From assembly GCA_022450005.1 (NCBI GenBank), contig JAKURE010000001.1:24220-88219 (forward strand): a stretch of DNA of 64,000 bases, written 5' to 3'. A program made the translations under genes and the position numbers. Of the stretch, positions 38,014-47,783 are shown piece after piece (position 1 is the stretch's first letter; each line of letters opens with the position of its first letter). Below the pieces are notes generated by a model, which was not told the origin of the DNA, made no database searches, and saw only the letters and a list, made by a program, of their open reading frames with translations. This stretch comes from Halobacteriales archaeon (GTDB lineage: Archaea; Halobacteriota; Halobacteria; Halobacteriales; Hikarchaeaceae).

Positions 38014-40305
38014 CTATTGGAACGCCATCCCCAAATCACTGTCTTCGTCGTTAACCACATCTAGGCGTTTGCCCAACCGAGTTTCCATATCTTGATAATA
38101 TTCTATCACATTTCCATCCACGCTGGGGGCAATTTTCTCAAGCGCCCTGTCCAAATATTCCTGAGTTATTCTAATATTTCCCACTGATTCTGGAATATCT
38201 TCTATCTTTACAGAATTTATATATTCTCGACTCGCCTCTGCAGCTGCTTCTCGGCATATTGCAGCAATATCTGCACCATTATAACCTTCCGTTTTGGATG
38301 CCAAACCATCCAAATCAATATCCTCTGCCATTGGTTTCTCCTTGGTGTGGATCTCAAAAATACTCCTCCGAGCAACTTCATCTGGCATTGGAATGTGAAC
38401 TTGGAAATCAAATCTCCCTGGCCTCAATAATGCGGAGTCAATTAAATCCGGCCTATTTGTTGTTGCTATTACTACAACATTTTCTAGTTCTTCCAATCCA
38501 TTCATTTCTGTTAACAGCTGACTCACTACTCGTTCTGAAACACCAGAATCTCCTGCATTTCTACCTCTCTGCGTTGCTATTGAATCAATCTCATCAAAGA
38601 AAATTACTACTGGAGCATTTTGACGTGCTTTGGCAAAAATTTCTCTGACCCCTTTTTCTGACTCCCCCACATACTTATTGAGCAACTCCGGACCCTTAAG
38701 AGAAATAAAATTCGCCTCTGATTCATTAGCCACTGCCTTTGCCAATAGTGTTTTCCCGGTACCAGGGGGCCCATACAATAAAATACCCGCTGCAGATTCC
38801 AACCCCAATGTATCAAATACCTCTGGATATTTTAGTGGCCATTGCACCGCTTCTCTCAGACGCTGTTTAGTCGTTTCCAATCCTCCTATGTCTTCCCACA
38901 AGGTATCTGGAACTTCTACAAAGACTTCTCGCAACGCCGATGGTTCAATCCATGTTAATGCATTTTTTAAATCTTCATTTTTTATTTTAAGATTTTCCAA
39001 AACATCTGAAGGTATTTCTTCCTTCTCCAAATCCAATTCTGGACTCACACGTCTAAGTGCATTCATAGCAGATTCTCTAGCAAGGGATTCCAAATCCGAC
39101 CCAACAAATCCATGCGTTTTATCTGCATATTGCTCTAAGTCAATATCTTCTTCCAGTGGCATATCTCTAGTATGGACTTGTAATATCTCCAACCTCCCCT
39201 CTCTACTAGGGACTCCAATTTCAATCTCTCGATCAAATCTCCCCCCTCGACGCAGCGCCGGGTCAATCGCATTAACACGATTAGTCGCCGCTATCACCAC
39301 AACCTGTCCTCTCCCCTCTAATCCATCCATGAGCGTAAGCAATTGCGCAACCACTCGGCGTTCTACATCTCCACTAGCCTCTGCTCTGCGCGGGGCAATT
39401 GAATCTATCTCATCCAAGAAAACTATAGATGGACTATTTTTTTCAGCTTCTTCGAACACTTGTCTTAACTGTCCTTCACTCTCTCCATAATACTTTGACA
39501 TTATTTCTGGACCCGAAATAGACATGAAGTGAGCATCAATTTCGTTAGCAACAGCCTGTGCAATTAATGTTTTCCCCGTCCCTGGGGGGCCATGCAATAA
39601 AACTCCTTTTGGCGGTTCAATTCCTAGTTGCTGAAACAACTCTGGGTGTCTCATTGGGAGTTCTATCATCTCTCTAATTTGCCCCAGTTGATCTGCTAAT
39701 CCTCCTATATCTTCGTATGTTATGTCTGAAAGTGGTTCAATAATTTCTCGCTTTGCACCACCTGGAGTCCCGCCTATCCGTATTGATTCATTGGAAAATC
39801 TAACGACAGTCCTATCTGTAATTTGCACGGGTCCTTCAGGCACTGTCTCCGTAATAATAACTGGCCATCTCATCCCTGTACGGAAAATAGTAACATTGAC
39901 GGGTACTGTCTGACCCTCACTGACACCTCTTCCTCTCAACCGCTCTCCTATCATACCCTCGATGAGTTCTGAATCTCCCCTTACATCTATGCCAGAACGT
40001 CTTGAAATTGCTATACCAATACTTTCTGCATCTTTGACTTCAATTTTTTCAATATCTACCTTTTCATCAATTCCCACATTAGCATTATGGCGTGTGAACC
40101 CATCCATTCGAATAACTTTCTGTCCTAAATCATTCGCATACCCTGGAAATACCTTTCCTACCACTGGATTCTTCGGAGGCTCTCTCCCCTTTATAGCAAC
40201 ATAGTCTCCTTCTTGTATGCCTAATTCTGAAAAATCTCCTCGATCAATAAATACTAGACCTTTACCTGCATCTTTTTGGGGTACCTGTTTTACAATAAGT
40301 TCCAT
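38014..40305 (-). CDS. cdc48: Cdc48/VCP-type AAA+ ATPase (two AAA domains)
   Basis: N-domain followed by two Walker A sites ([11 protein letters not shown] and [11 protein letters not shown]), Walker B FLDEIDS / FFDEIDS, and an acidic C-terminal tail. Confidence 0.95.
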   Translation of the reverse strand: MELIVKQVPQKDAGKGLVFIDRGDFSELGIQEGDYVAIKGREPPKNPVVGKVFPGYANDLGQKVIRMDGFTRHNANVGIDEKVDIEKIEVKDAESIGIAISRRSGIDVRGDSELIEGMIGERLRGRGVSEGQTVPVNVTIFRTGMRWPVIITETVPEGPVQITDRTVVRFSNESIRIGGTPGGAKREIIEPLSDITYEDIGGLADQLGQIREMIELPMRHPELFQQLGIEPPKGVLLHGPPGTGKTLIAQAVANEIDAHFMSISGPEIMSKYYGESEGQLRQVFEEAEKNSPSIVFLDEIDSIAPRRAEASGDVERRVVAQLLTLMDGLEGRGQVVVIAATNRVNAIDPALRRGGRFDREIEIGVPSREGRLEILQVHTRDMPLEEDIDLEQYADKTHGFVGSDLESLARESAMNALRRVSPELDLEKEEIPSDVLENLKIKNEDLKNALTWIEPSALREVFVEVPDTLWEDIGGLETTKQRLREAVQWPLKYPEVFDTLGLESAAGILLYGPPGTGKTLLAKAVANESEANFISLKGPELLNKYVGESEKGVREIFAKARQNAPVVIFFDEIDSIATQRGRNAGDSGVSERVVSQLLTEMNGLEELENVVVIATTNRPDLIDSALLRPGRFDFQVHIPMPDEVARRSIFEIHTKEKPMAEDIDLDGLASKTEGYNGADIAAICREAAAEASREYINSVKIEDIPESVGNIRITQEYLDRALEKIAPSVDGNVIEYYQDMETRLGKRLDVVNDEDSDLGMAFQ

Positions 40306-40438
40306 TTTTATCCTTCATGTTATGATCCATTCATCTAATATATAAATATTACGATTAAAAAACGCATTACTGCGTATAGTTTATAAAATAAAGCTTGTTT
40401 TGTGGTCCCCCCCTTTCCTGGTCTCCCCAATCACACTT

Positions 40439-41257
40439 TCAGTCCGTATCTTCTGGTGGAAATTTTCTTGAAATAACTTCCTCTCGATATTTTTTAATTG
40501 CGTTTGACATTTCCGTTCTCACATCGCCGAATTTCCTAGCAAATGGGGGCAACGAATTTGAAAGGCCAATAACATCATCTACTACCAGAACTTGCCCCCG
40601 CGTGTGTGGTCCTGCCCCAATACCTATCGTTGGAATCTCCAACCCATCTGTGATATTCTTGGCAATATCCGATGGCATATGTTCTAACACAATCGCAAAA
40701 GCTCCTGCATTTTCATGTCCCTTTGCTAGTTCCATTATCTCTAGGGCACTACTTTCATCTGTTCCTTGTTGATAATATCCTCCTATCTGCCTAATCCTTT
40801 GAGGCAATAGCCCAACATGTGCCATGACTGGTATTCCTAGATCTACCAATCTTTTTGTGATAGGAATGGTGTGGGGCCCGCTTTCTATTTTCACGGCATC
40901 TGCACCTCCCATTTTCAACATTTTCCCTGCATTCATAATTGACACTGACTCATCTACCCCCACTGAGAGAAATGGTAAATCTGTTACCACTAGGGATTCC
41001 TTCACTCCCCGGACAACTGCCGCCGTGTGACTAATCATCTCTTCTATTGTAACTGGCAATGTTGTCTCATACCCTAGTACCGTATTCCCTACACTGTCAC
41101 CCACAAGAACGATGTCTATCCCCGCTAAATCTGCTATCTCTGCTATCGATTTGTCATACGCAGTTAACATAGTAATCGGAGGCCCACTTCTTTCACGCGC
41201 CATGATTTCCGGAACTGTTGGCATAGTTTCACATGAGGCAGCCACCAGGTTAAACAT
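40439..41257 (-). CDS. panB: 3-methyl-2-oxobutanoate hydroxymethyltransferase (ketopantoate hydroxymethyltransferase)
   Basis: ITMLTAYD, LVGDSVGNTVLGY, AVKIE and GHVGLLPQ patterns. An alternative start at ATG 41224 is possible. Confidence 0.9.
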   Translation of the reverse strand: MFNLVAASCETMPTVPEIMARERSGPPITMLTAYDKSIAEIADLAGIDIVLVGDSVGNTVLGYETTLPVTIEEMISHTAAVVRGVKESLVVTDLPFLSVGVDESVSIMNAGKMLKMGGADAVKIESGPHTIPITKRLVDLGIPVMAHVGLLPQRIRQIGGYYQQGTDESSALEIMELAKGHENAGAFAIVLEHMPSDIAKNITDGLEIPTIGIGAGPHTRGQVLVVDDVIGLSNSLPPFARKFGDVRTEMSNAIKKYREEVISRKFPPEDTD

Positions 41258-41328
41258 GTTCGTATTTCAAAACCCTCTGCCTCCCCAATCCCCTTTATTT
41301 AAATCATTTAGAGATACACTATCATTAT

Positions 41329-42258
41329 ATGCATGGCAAATTGGAGTCTGGAAAAGGTGTTGCAAATGTTTTAATCTCCGATCTTGAGGAGCTTTTATTG
41401 TCTCATTTATCCTTCCGTCCTTTCCCTGGAACACTCAACCTGACTCAGATAAATCCTTCTATGTCTCTCTCTTCTACTACTGTAAACGACATAGAGAATG
41501 CTTTAGATAACTGCGATGGAATTGAGCTGACACCTTGCTCCATCAGCGGAATCAAATCTGCTCTCATCCGCCCCATCGCCGATAGCTATCCAAAATCTAA
41601 ATTTGAATTCATAGCACCCATTTCTTTACGGAACTTATTCTCTCTCAATGATGGGGATTCAGTACACATTTCTGCCCCTGATAATCTATGGAATTATGAG
41701 TTAAAAGCTAGTTTGAATTCCCTTGATAACTTTGATGGTGTAATTTTCGATCTGGATGGAACTCTAATCGATTTGGATGTCGATTGGAACTCCGTTAGAA
41801 CTCAAATACATGATTTATTCCCTCCTTCAATCAATCCATTCTCTCTTAGACGAGACCGAAATGATCACACTCCCATTTATGAACTAGCTAGTCAACATGG
41901 CATTTATGAAGATCTACTTGAGCTACTCGCTTCACATGAACTTGATGGAACGAAAAACGCAGTCCCCTTGCCTCTGATCGACATCATCCCCAATTTAGAT
42001 TGTCCCATTGGTTTGTGCACAAAAAATTCTCGTATCGCTTCCCAAGAAATAGCTGAAAAGTTCAATGTTAATTTCGATTCGCTGATCACCAGGGAATCTA
42101 CGTTCGAGGATAAGCCACATCCTTTACCCTTGCAAAAGTGTATGGAAGATCTAAGTCTATCTCCTGGGAATACCTTATTTATAGGAAACGAAAAAACAGA
42201 TGCGGAGACTGCCCATAGGGCTGGGACAAATTTCTTACAAGTCGATCAGTTCTACTAA
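41329..42258 (+). CDS. ribK: Fusion protein: CTP-dependent (archaeal-type) riboflavin kinase domain plus HAD-superfamily phosphatase domain
   Basis: Residues 1-~118 match the archaeal riboflavin kinase pattern (GKLESGKG...FPGTLNL...IAPISLRNLFSLNDGDSVHI). Residues ~137-309 carry the HAD motifs I (IFDLDGTL), II (CTKNS), III (KPHP) and IV (GNEKTDAETA). Confidence 0.75.
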   Translation: MHGKLESGKGVANVLISDLEELLLSHLSFRPFPGTLNLTQINPSMSLSSTTVNDIENALDNCDGIELTPCSISGIKSALIRPIADSYPKSKFEFIAPISLRNLFSLNDGDSVHISAPDNLWNYELKASLNSLDNFDGVIFDLDGTLIDLDVDWNSVRTQIHDLFPPSINPFSLRRDRNDHTPIYELASQHGIYEDLLELLASHELDGTKNAVPLPLIDIIPNLDCPIGLCTKNSRIASQEIAEKFNVNFDSLITRESTFEDKPHPLPLQKCMEDLSLSPGNTLFIGNEKTDAETAHRAGTNFLQVDQFY

Positions 42259-43529
42259 TCAAATCTACGTTCTATACTCTCCGCGTGACCATCTAACCCC
42301 TCTGATCTGGCAATTGTGGTTATGACTTTCCTAATTTTTTCCAACGCTGCTTTGTCGATCCGCTGTATCGTCGAAACTTTGATGAATGTATCTATGGAAA
42401 CACCCCCTGAAACGTGAGCACCCTTATTTGTAGGTAAGATATGATTGGTACCCGATGCATAATCTCCTGCAGCAACTGGGGTATAGCTTCCTAGAAATAT
42501 GCTCCCTGCACTACTGATTTTTTCCAAAAGCATTTTTTCATTCTCCCTCGACGTTTGGATGGAAAGGTGCTCCGAAGCATATTCTTCTGCAAAGGCCGCT
42601 GCAATTTCCATACTTTTTACCAAAATAATCCCGCTATATGGATTGTTTAGAGTCTGATCTATTATCTTTTTTCTGTCTAACGATCGAGTCTGTATTTTCA
42701 CCTCTTCTATAATTTCTTTTGCTAGTTCTATACTATCTGTTACCACCAATGCGGCAACATTCACATCATGTTCCGCCTGTGCAATCACATCTGCCGCAAC
42801 AATTTTTGCATCTGCGGCCAAATCCGCAATGATCAAAATTTCACTTATACCTGCGATAAACTCTATCTCCACATCATTTCTAATCTCTTTCTTTGCCATA
42901 GCCACCCATTGATTCCCTGGACCTATGATTTTGTCAACTGATTCAACCGTTTTTGTACCGTACGCAAGTGCAGCAATCCCCTGTGCCCCCCCTGACGCGT
43001 AGATTTTATCTGCACCAGCAATATACGCTGCAGCTAGTGTCACTTGATTCATTTCCTCTGCTGGAGGTGTCACAACCGCGATGTGCTTCACCCCTGCAAC
43101 TTTTGCCGGAATTATGGCCATTAACACACTAGATGGATATGCAGCCGTACCTCCTGGAACGTACACCCCAATTTTATTTATCGGCCGAAATCTTTGTCCC
43201 ATTTCTCTGCCATCAAAATTTCTAACCCAATCCTCTCTAACTTGGTGTTTGTGAAATACTTCAATATTTTCTGCCGCCTTTTTTATGGCCAGTTTCAATC
43301 CCTCATCAATCGCTTCGTATGCCTTTTTTGCTTCTCCCGTGATGTCTATTTCTTTTATTTCTATTTTATCAAATTCCAATGCGTATCTCCTAAGGGCATC
43401 ATCACCTTGCTCTCTTACATTATCAATAATAGCACGAACCGCTTTTTGTATTTCTTGACTCACTTGATATCGATTGAATATAACCTCACGCTGGTCCTCC
43501 TCCATCCCTTCGAGGTGCCGTATTTCCAT
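42255..43529 (-). CDS. hisD: Histidinol dehydrogenase
   Basis: Typical HisD sequence (GDDALRRYALEFD, YVPGGTAAYPSSVLM, QAEHD, HLSIQ). The longest-ORF start (43607) is a TTG. ATG 43529 gives the usual ~424 aa and is preceded by GGGAGG. Confidence 0.9.
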   Translation of the reverse strand: MEIRHLEGMEEDQREVIFNRYQVSQEIQKAVRAIIDNVREQGDDALRRYALEFDKIEIKEIDITGEAKKAYEAIDEGLKLAIKKAAENIEVFHKHQVREDWVRNFDGREMGQRFRPINKIGVYVPGGTAAYPSSVLMAIIPAKVAGVKHIAVVTPPAEEMNQVTLAAAYIAGADKIYASGGAQGIAALAYGTKTVESVDKIIGPGNQWVAMAKKEIRNDVEIEFIAGISEILIIADLAADAKIVAADVIAQAEHDVNVAALVVTDSIELAKEIIEEVKIQTRSLDRKKIIDQTLNNPYSGIILVKSMEIAAAFAEEYASEHLSIQTSRENEKMLLEKISSAGSIFLGSYTPVAAGDYASGTNHILPTNKGAHVSGGVSIDTFIKVSTIQRIDKAALEKIRKVITTIARSEGLDGHAESIERRFD

Positions 43530-43653
43530 ATCCTCCCTTGGATCTCTATGTGAAAAACCATTTCTACCCTTAATCTTATCAATGAACTCCTCCGTACTTG
43601 AATTCAATTTTCTTTTTTGTAAATATTTCCCAGAAACTAACCTCCAACATCAT

Positions 43654-43720
43654 CGCTTGGCTTCACGCCGCCTCAGCTGGAAGACCCTGTTCCGGGATCT
43701 GTAGCGTACCGGGGTTCTCC
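43654..43720. other. GC-rich island (43 of 67 nt G/C by my count) in a long divergent intergenic region; candidate structured RNA, unassigned
   Basis: Stands out from the ~40% GC surroundings. It contains a hairpin at 43677-43695 (6-bp stem CTGGAA/TTCCGG including one G-U pair, 7-nt loop). I recognise no known RNA family. Confidence 0.25.
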
Positions 43721-43873
43721 ATATTTTCATCGTGTCCATTTTAGACAAACTCCAATGGGGACTTCGGAACGCAATCTTATTGTGGCACTTTCCTAAGTTA
43801 AATCCTTCCTTTACTCTGAAAAATTTCTTTTATGTCCCTCTACTTTTTACTCTATTAAGAATAATCCCATTGT

Positions 43874-44926
43874 ATGGTGATTTTTCTCTCCGAACCTGAA
43901 GTTGAACAGTGTTTAGATATGGGGTCTTCCATCGAAGCATTGGAACTGGCCTACAAGGCCGATGCCGCTGGCCGAGTAGTTAGCATCCCCCGATCTGACA
44001 TGATACTCCCCCTTGGGCCCAACGATGCTTATGTCTACAAAATTATGTCTGGTATCATACAAGATTTTGGTGTATCTGCTCTTCGCATTCAATCTGATCG
44101 AATCCGCTGGGAAGGGGGCCGAAAATTCAAGCTGGGAATGGCCCGAGACAAAAAATATGTGGAATACGTTCAAGTGTACGATATCGAAACAAACGAACCG
44201 CTTCTAATCCTTCCCGATGGATATGCTAGTAAAATGCGTGTCGGGGCTACAAATGCTCTTGGAGCCAAATACATGGTCCCCTCCTCTGATGTCCACACGA
44301 TGGGTCTACTTGGTGCGGGTCGGCATGCCGGTGGACAAATAGAGGCATTTGCCGAGATGTTTGATCTCGAGCAAGTGAATGTATATAGTCCCACTCAAAA
44401 AAACCGTGAAGCATTCGCTGAAGAATGGGATGGCAAATTAGATCCCGCCGTTCTCCCTGTGGATGAACCTATTAAAGCAATATCTGGAACCAATATCCTC
44501 GCATGTGCTTCCAATGCAATGAAACCTATATTCGATGCATCTTGGATCGAACCTAAAATGCATGTGAGTGCAATCAAAAATCCAGAAATTCCTGGAGAAG
44601 CATTTTCCGAAGTAGATCGCGTAGCAGTAGCAACAACACAACTACCTTCTGGTCCTCATAACTATGCCCCCCGATTTTCAGATTTTGCTCAAAATCTCAC
44701 TGAAAAGTGGGCCATTCCCAATTTTGACATAACTGCTGCTCAAGACATTTCATCTCTCATCGCCGAAAACAAAAATCCAGAATCCGAAGAAACTACTCTA
44801 TTTCTCAACAACATTGGCATTGGGATGCAATTCGCAGCCGTAGGGAAAGTAGTGTATGATCGTGCAATTGAAGGTGGATTTGGAACTGAAATAGACACCG
44901 ACCTCTTTTTACAATCTGTTTGGTGA
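43874..44926 (+). CDS. Ornithine cyclodeaminase / mu-crystallin family NAD(P)-dependent enzyme
   Basis: Family-typical layout with a Rossmann motif MGLLGAGRHAGGQIEAF and a ~350 aa length. Substrate is unknown. Confidence 0.65.
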   Translation: MVIFLSEPEVEQCLDMGSSIEALELAYKADAAGRVVSIPRSDMILPLGPNDAYVYKIMSGIIQDFGVSALRIQSDRIRWEGGRKFKLGMARDKKYVEYVQVYDIETNEPLLILPDGYASKMRVGATNALGAKYMVPSSDVHTMGLLGAGRHAGGQIEAFAEMFDLEQVNVYSPTQKNREAFAEEWDGKLDPAVLPVDEPIKAISGTNILACASNAMKPIFDASWIEPKMHVSAIKNPEIPGEAFSEVDRVAVATTQLPSGPHNYAPRFSDFAQNLTEKWAIPNFDITAAQDISSLIAENKNPESEETTLFLNNIGIGMQFAAVGKVVYDRAIEGGFGTEIDTDLFLQSVW

Positions 44927-44980
44927 ACTTCACCCAACCAAACCATTTGATTTAATGCCACCGAACCCCATGCTATACTC

Positions 44981-45658
44981 ATGTCATCAGACTTACCTAC
45001 CCTAGCGTCATTCGTGAATGATTTCACAGAAGAATATCGCATAAAAATGGAGAATGCAGTTGAGAAGTATTTCACAGATGAATACTTCGATTCACTAGGC
45101 GGTCCCCTCGCTATGATGCAAAAACAATTTGCATCCCAGGCATGGAGAGAATTCTATATCGGCTGTTTACCTCCCGCACGACAAATGACCCAAATATATG
45201 AGATAGGGGATCCTTATGATCGTGATAGAGACTTAATCGTAGGGTTAGGTGAACAAATTCGAGACGAAGTAAAACACGCAAAAATTTACGCAAATCTCTC
45301 TGAACAAGTTGGAGTGCCCTGCGATTTGGCAACCTGGACGGCTGATAATTATGATCGATTAGTTGCAAAGTGTCGCCTAGCAACTGAGTGGGAAAAACCA
45401 CAATACATTGCCGCAGGATTTCAAGTTTCAACCGAAATTGTGGCAGCAGAAACTTCCCGGAGAATGGGTGAATATGTTGAGAATGACTATCCCGAAATCG
45501 CAAAAACACTTTTCGACGTAACTTCCGATGAAGGAGATCACATCCATTGCGGACGTTTGATAGTAAAAAGATTCGCAACAGAGGATGATTTCGACTTCAT
45601 GCATGAAATCGCAGAAAAAAAATATACTGCAGCACTAAGAATTCTTGAATCTCTCTAA
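44981..45658 (+). CDS. Ferritin-like di-iron-carboxylate protein (function unknown)
   Basis: Two E...ExxH half-sites in helical context: E57 ... E96-V-K-H99 (nt 45266-45277), and E152/E157 ... E184-G-D-H187 (nt 45530-45541). Confidence 0.5.
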   Translation: MSSDLPTLASFVNDFTEEYRIKMENAVEKYFTDEYFDSLGGPLAMMQKQFASQAWREFYIGCLPPARQMTQIYEIGDPYDRDRDLIVGLGEQIRDEVKHAKIYANLSEQVGVPCDLATWTADNYDRLVAKCRLATEWEKPQYIAAGFQVSTEIVAAETSRRMGEYVENDYPEIAKTLFDVTSDEGDHIHCGRLIVKRFATEDDFDFMHEIAEKKYTAALRILESL

Positions 45659-45661
45659 TCT

Positions 45662-45889
45662 ATGACACGACGAATTCTAAAATTAACCCCAGAAACTAAA
45701 GTACAGTTCTCTGAACCTGCAGAAATACAGGATATACATCTCCACGATTTATCTTTTGTAGCTGGAATAGAAACCGAAGGTGATCTTATTACTTCTTGCA
45801 CACTCGATGTGTCCCAACTAATACAATCAATGACTCTCTATTCTGCTATGGAAAAAAAGCGAGAAAGTTGGCGCCGTGTACGTAGGTAA
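45662..45889 (+). CDS. Hypothetical small protein coupled to the ferritin-like gene
   Basis: 75-aa ORF starting 4 nt after the upstream stop. No motif recognised. Confidence 0.4.
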   Translation: MTRRILKLTPETKVQFSEPAEIQDIHLHDLSFVAGIETEGDLITSCTLDVSQLIQSMTLYSAMEKKRESWRRVRR

Positions 45890-45949
45890 TTTTTAAACCC
45901 ACCCCGCCGATAATATATCCTCTCAACTTTTCTCTTCACATTTTAAATT

Positions 45950-46705
45950 TTAGTAGAGTATGTTCCCACCATCTACATTCACTACTTGCCCTGTCATCAT
46001 CCCACTTTCATGGCTCAATAAAAATCCAATAACATTTGCAATATCCTCTGGTTGTATGGCCCTCTTGAGCATCTGACTCGCTTCCGCGCGTTGTTGTATT
46101 CGATCTTCTCCTCCCTGTAGCGATGCCGGGGATGCAGTCAAACCTGGCATAATCGTGTTGACCCTAATATCTCGATCTGCTAGTTCTCTTGCCATAGTTC
46201 TAGTCATTCCTACAACCGCGGCTTTAGAAGCAATGTAGTGTAAGAGTCCCGCTGTGCCTTTCAAAATAGTCCCCGAAGATATATTGACAATTCGAGCACC
46301 ATCATTTAGCGCAGGTACTGCTTCTTTTGTGACAATAAACACACCAGTTGTGTTAACTGACATCACCTTCTCAAACTCTTCTACTGTAATATCTGTAAAT
46401 TGTTTGAAATTCCCAATCAATGGCGCGTAATAAGCCGCATTATTAACTAGCCCATCTATTTTAGTATCCTTAAACACAGCACGCATGGACTCTTCACTCG
46501 TTACATCCCCTTTGCGAAATTCTGCACTCCCTCCTGCATCTTCTATCTCTTTAACAGCATCTGACCCATCTTGAATATCTGTTATCAGTATATGTGCCCC
46601 TTTTGCAGCCACATTTTTTGCAATTGCCAATCCGATTCCTTGCGAACCGCCTGTTACTACTATAGTTTCTCCAGCTAGATTTTGCATATCTATTCCCTTA
46701 CCCAT
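45950..46705 (-). CDS. Short-chain dehydrogenase/reductase (FabG-like SDR)
   Basis: TGGSQGIG cofactor motif, NNAA, and the catalytic S...YIASK tetrad pattern. Confidence 0.88.
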   Translation of the reverse strand: MGKGIDMQNLAGETIVVTGGSQGIGLAIAKNVAAKGAHILITDIQDGSDAVKEIEDAGGSAEFRKGDVTSEESMRAVFKDTKIDGLVNNAAYYAPLIGNFKQFTDITVEEFEKVMSVNTTGVFIVTKEAVPALNDGARIVNISSGTILKGTAGLLHYIASKAAVVGMTRTMARELADRDIRVNTIMPGLTASPASLQGGEDRIQQRAEASQMLKRAIQPEDIANVIGFLLSHESGMMTGQVVNVDGGNILY

Positions 46706-46742
46706 CCTGACTCATAAACTATTTGATCGATTTTTATTTTCC

Positions 46743-47783
46743 CTATTTAACTCGAATATCTACAACAAAATGAGATGTACCTGGACTGTATCCTTTAATT
46801 CTTCTCCTATTCTCAATCTTGGCAACTCTTCCCACCTCTGCTGCCACCGTTTTAATTTCACCATATGATTGAGACGGATTTGTATCAGCCCTCACTTCGT
46901 GTAAATGGATTATTCCTCCCTGTTTCACTACCGAGTATGCTTCTTTGAGAAATTTAATCGAATCATAGTGACCCATTACGATTCTATCAAATAATTTTCC
47001 CTTTTCATCCACCCACCCTTCGATAAAATCCCTACAATCGTTTCTTATTGGGTACAAATTTTCTTCAACGTGGTTCAGTTGAATATTCTCTTTCAGATAT
47101 CTCATGGATACTACATTCTTCTCCACTGCCGTCACCTCTGCCCCTGAAATAGACATTGGGATCGAAAAATAGCCGATTCCCGCAAACATGTCCAATACAC
47201 ATTCCCCCCTGTCAACCATCTTACCCATCCTTTTTCTTTCTTCTCTATTACCTGGAGAAAACATAACCTCTGATAGGTCCAATGAATACCTCACACCCCA
47301 TTCCGTATGAATAGTTTTTGTTTCTTCTAACCCTGCAATATATTTTATAATCGGTTTTCTTTCAGTTCCTTCAATCCCAACTCGAGATAGCACAGTATTG
47401 ACTCCCTGTAACTCCATCAAACATTCTCCTATCTCTTTTTCTGTGGTACATTTTTCTGACAATTGAACTAAAGCTATTCCTCCAATCACATCCCATGATC
47501 TGGGGGACATTTTTATTTCTTCTTCAGAAACCCCTCTCACCCGAAGCAAATCTTTCAACCCCTTGGCCCTAATCTGAGGATTTTTTTGATTTATTATGTT
47601 CTTGTTTTTCATTTCTCCCCCCGACCCATGAATTGGAATTTCTATTGATTTCCCATCGTGGGTCCTAATCCTCCTAGAATCATCATATTCCTGCCCTTTT
47701 TTTAATAACTCTAGTTCTCTTTTAACATCTCCTTTACTCACGACAACGGCATTTTTATTCATTAGGTAAAACGTACACCCCAT
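46743..47783 (-). CDS. trm5: Trm5/Tyw2-family tRNA (guanine37-N1)-methyltransferase
   Basis: SAM-binding DMFAGIGYFSIP and the NDCRDF motif of the Trm5/Taw family. The start overlaps the NMD3 stop. The alternative start at ATG 47762 gives an ATGAATAA overlap. Confidence 0.8.
   Translation of the reverse strand: MGCTFYLMNKNAVVVSKGDVKRELELLKKGQEYDDSRRIRTHDGKSIEIPIHGSGGEMKNKNIINQKNPQIRAKGLKDLLRVRGVSEEEIKMSPRSWDVIGGIALVQLSEKCTTEKEIGECLMELQGVNTVLSRVGIEGTERKPIIKYIAGLEETKTIHTEWGVRYSLDLSEVMFSPGNREERKRMGKMVDRGECVLDMFAGIGYFSIPMSISGAEVTAVEKNVVSMRYLKENIQLNHVEENLYPIRNDCRDFIEGWVDEKGKLFDRIVMGHYDSIKFLKEAYSVVKQGGIIHLHEVRADTNPSQSYGEIKTVAAEVGRVAKIENRRRIKGYSPGTSHFVVDIRVK

Noticed and set aside
38630-39490. 286-aa plus-strand ORF antisense to cdc48. 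Similar long antisense ORFs occur at 23131-23730 (opposite larC), 47948-48400 (opposite nmd3), 40395-40772 (opposite panB) and 28156-28518 (opposite the ADH gene).
   Set aside because: For the two I checked (cdc48 and larC), the antisense ORF is in the frame whose second codon base pairs with sense codon position 1. In that frame, a stop requires Tyr codons, or His/Gln codons preceded by a T-ending codon, so it stays open by chance. The translations are low-complexity (Ser/Pro/Thr/Ile-rich) with no motifs, and the sense-strand genes are unambiguous.
43474-43704. 76-aa plus-strand ORF running through the GC-rich island.
   Set aside because: Most of it is antisense to the hisD 5' end, and the rest is non-protein-like. 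The island is better treated as non-coding.
43659-43718. Possible 19-codon minus-strand peptide (MENPGTLQIPEQGLPAEAA) inside the GC island.
   Set aside because: It is too short to support. The nearest TATA-like element is only about 15 nt upstream of the ATG, and there is no SD.
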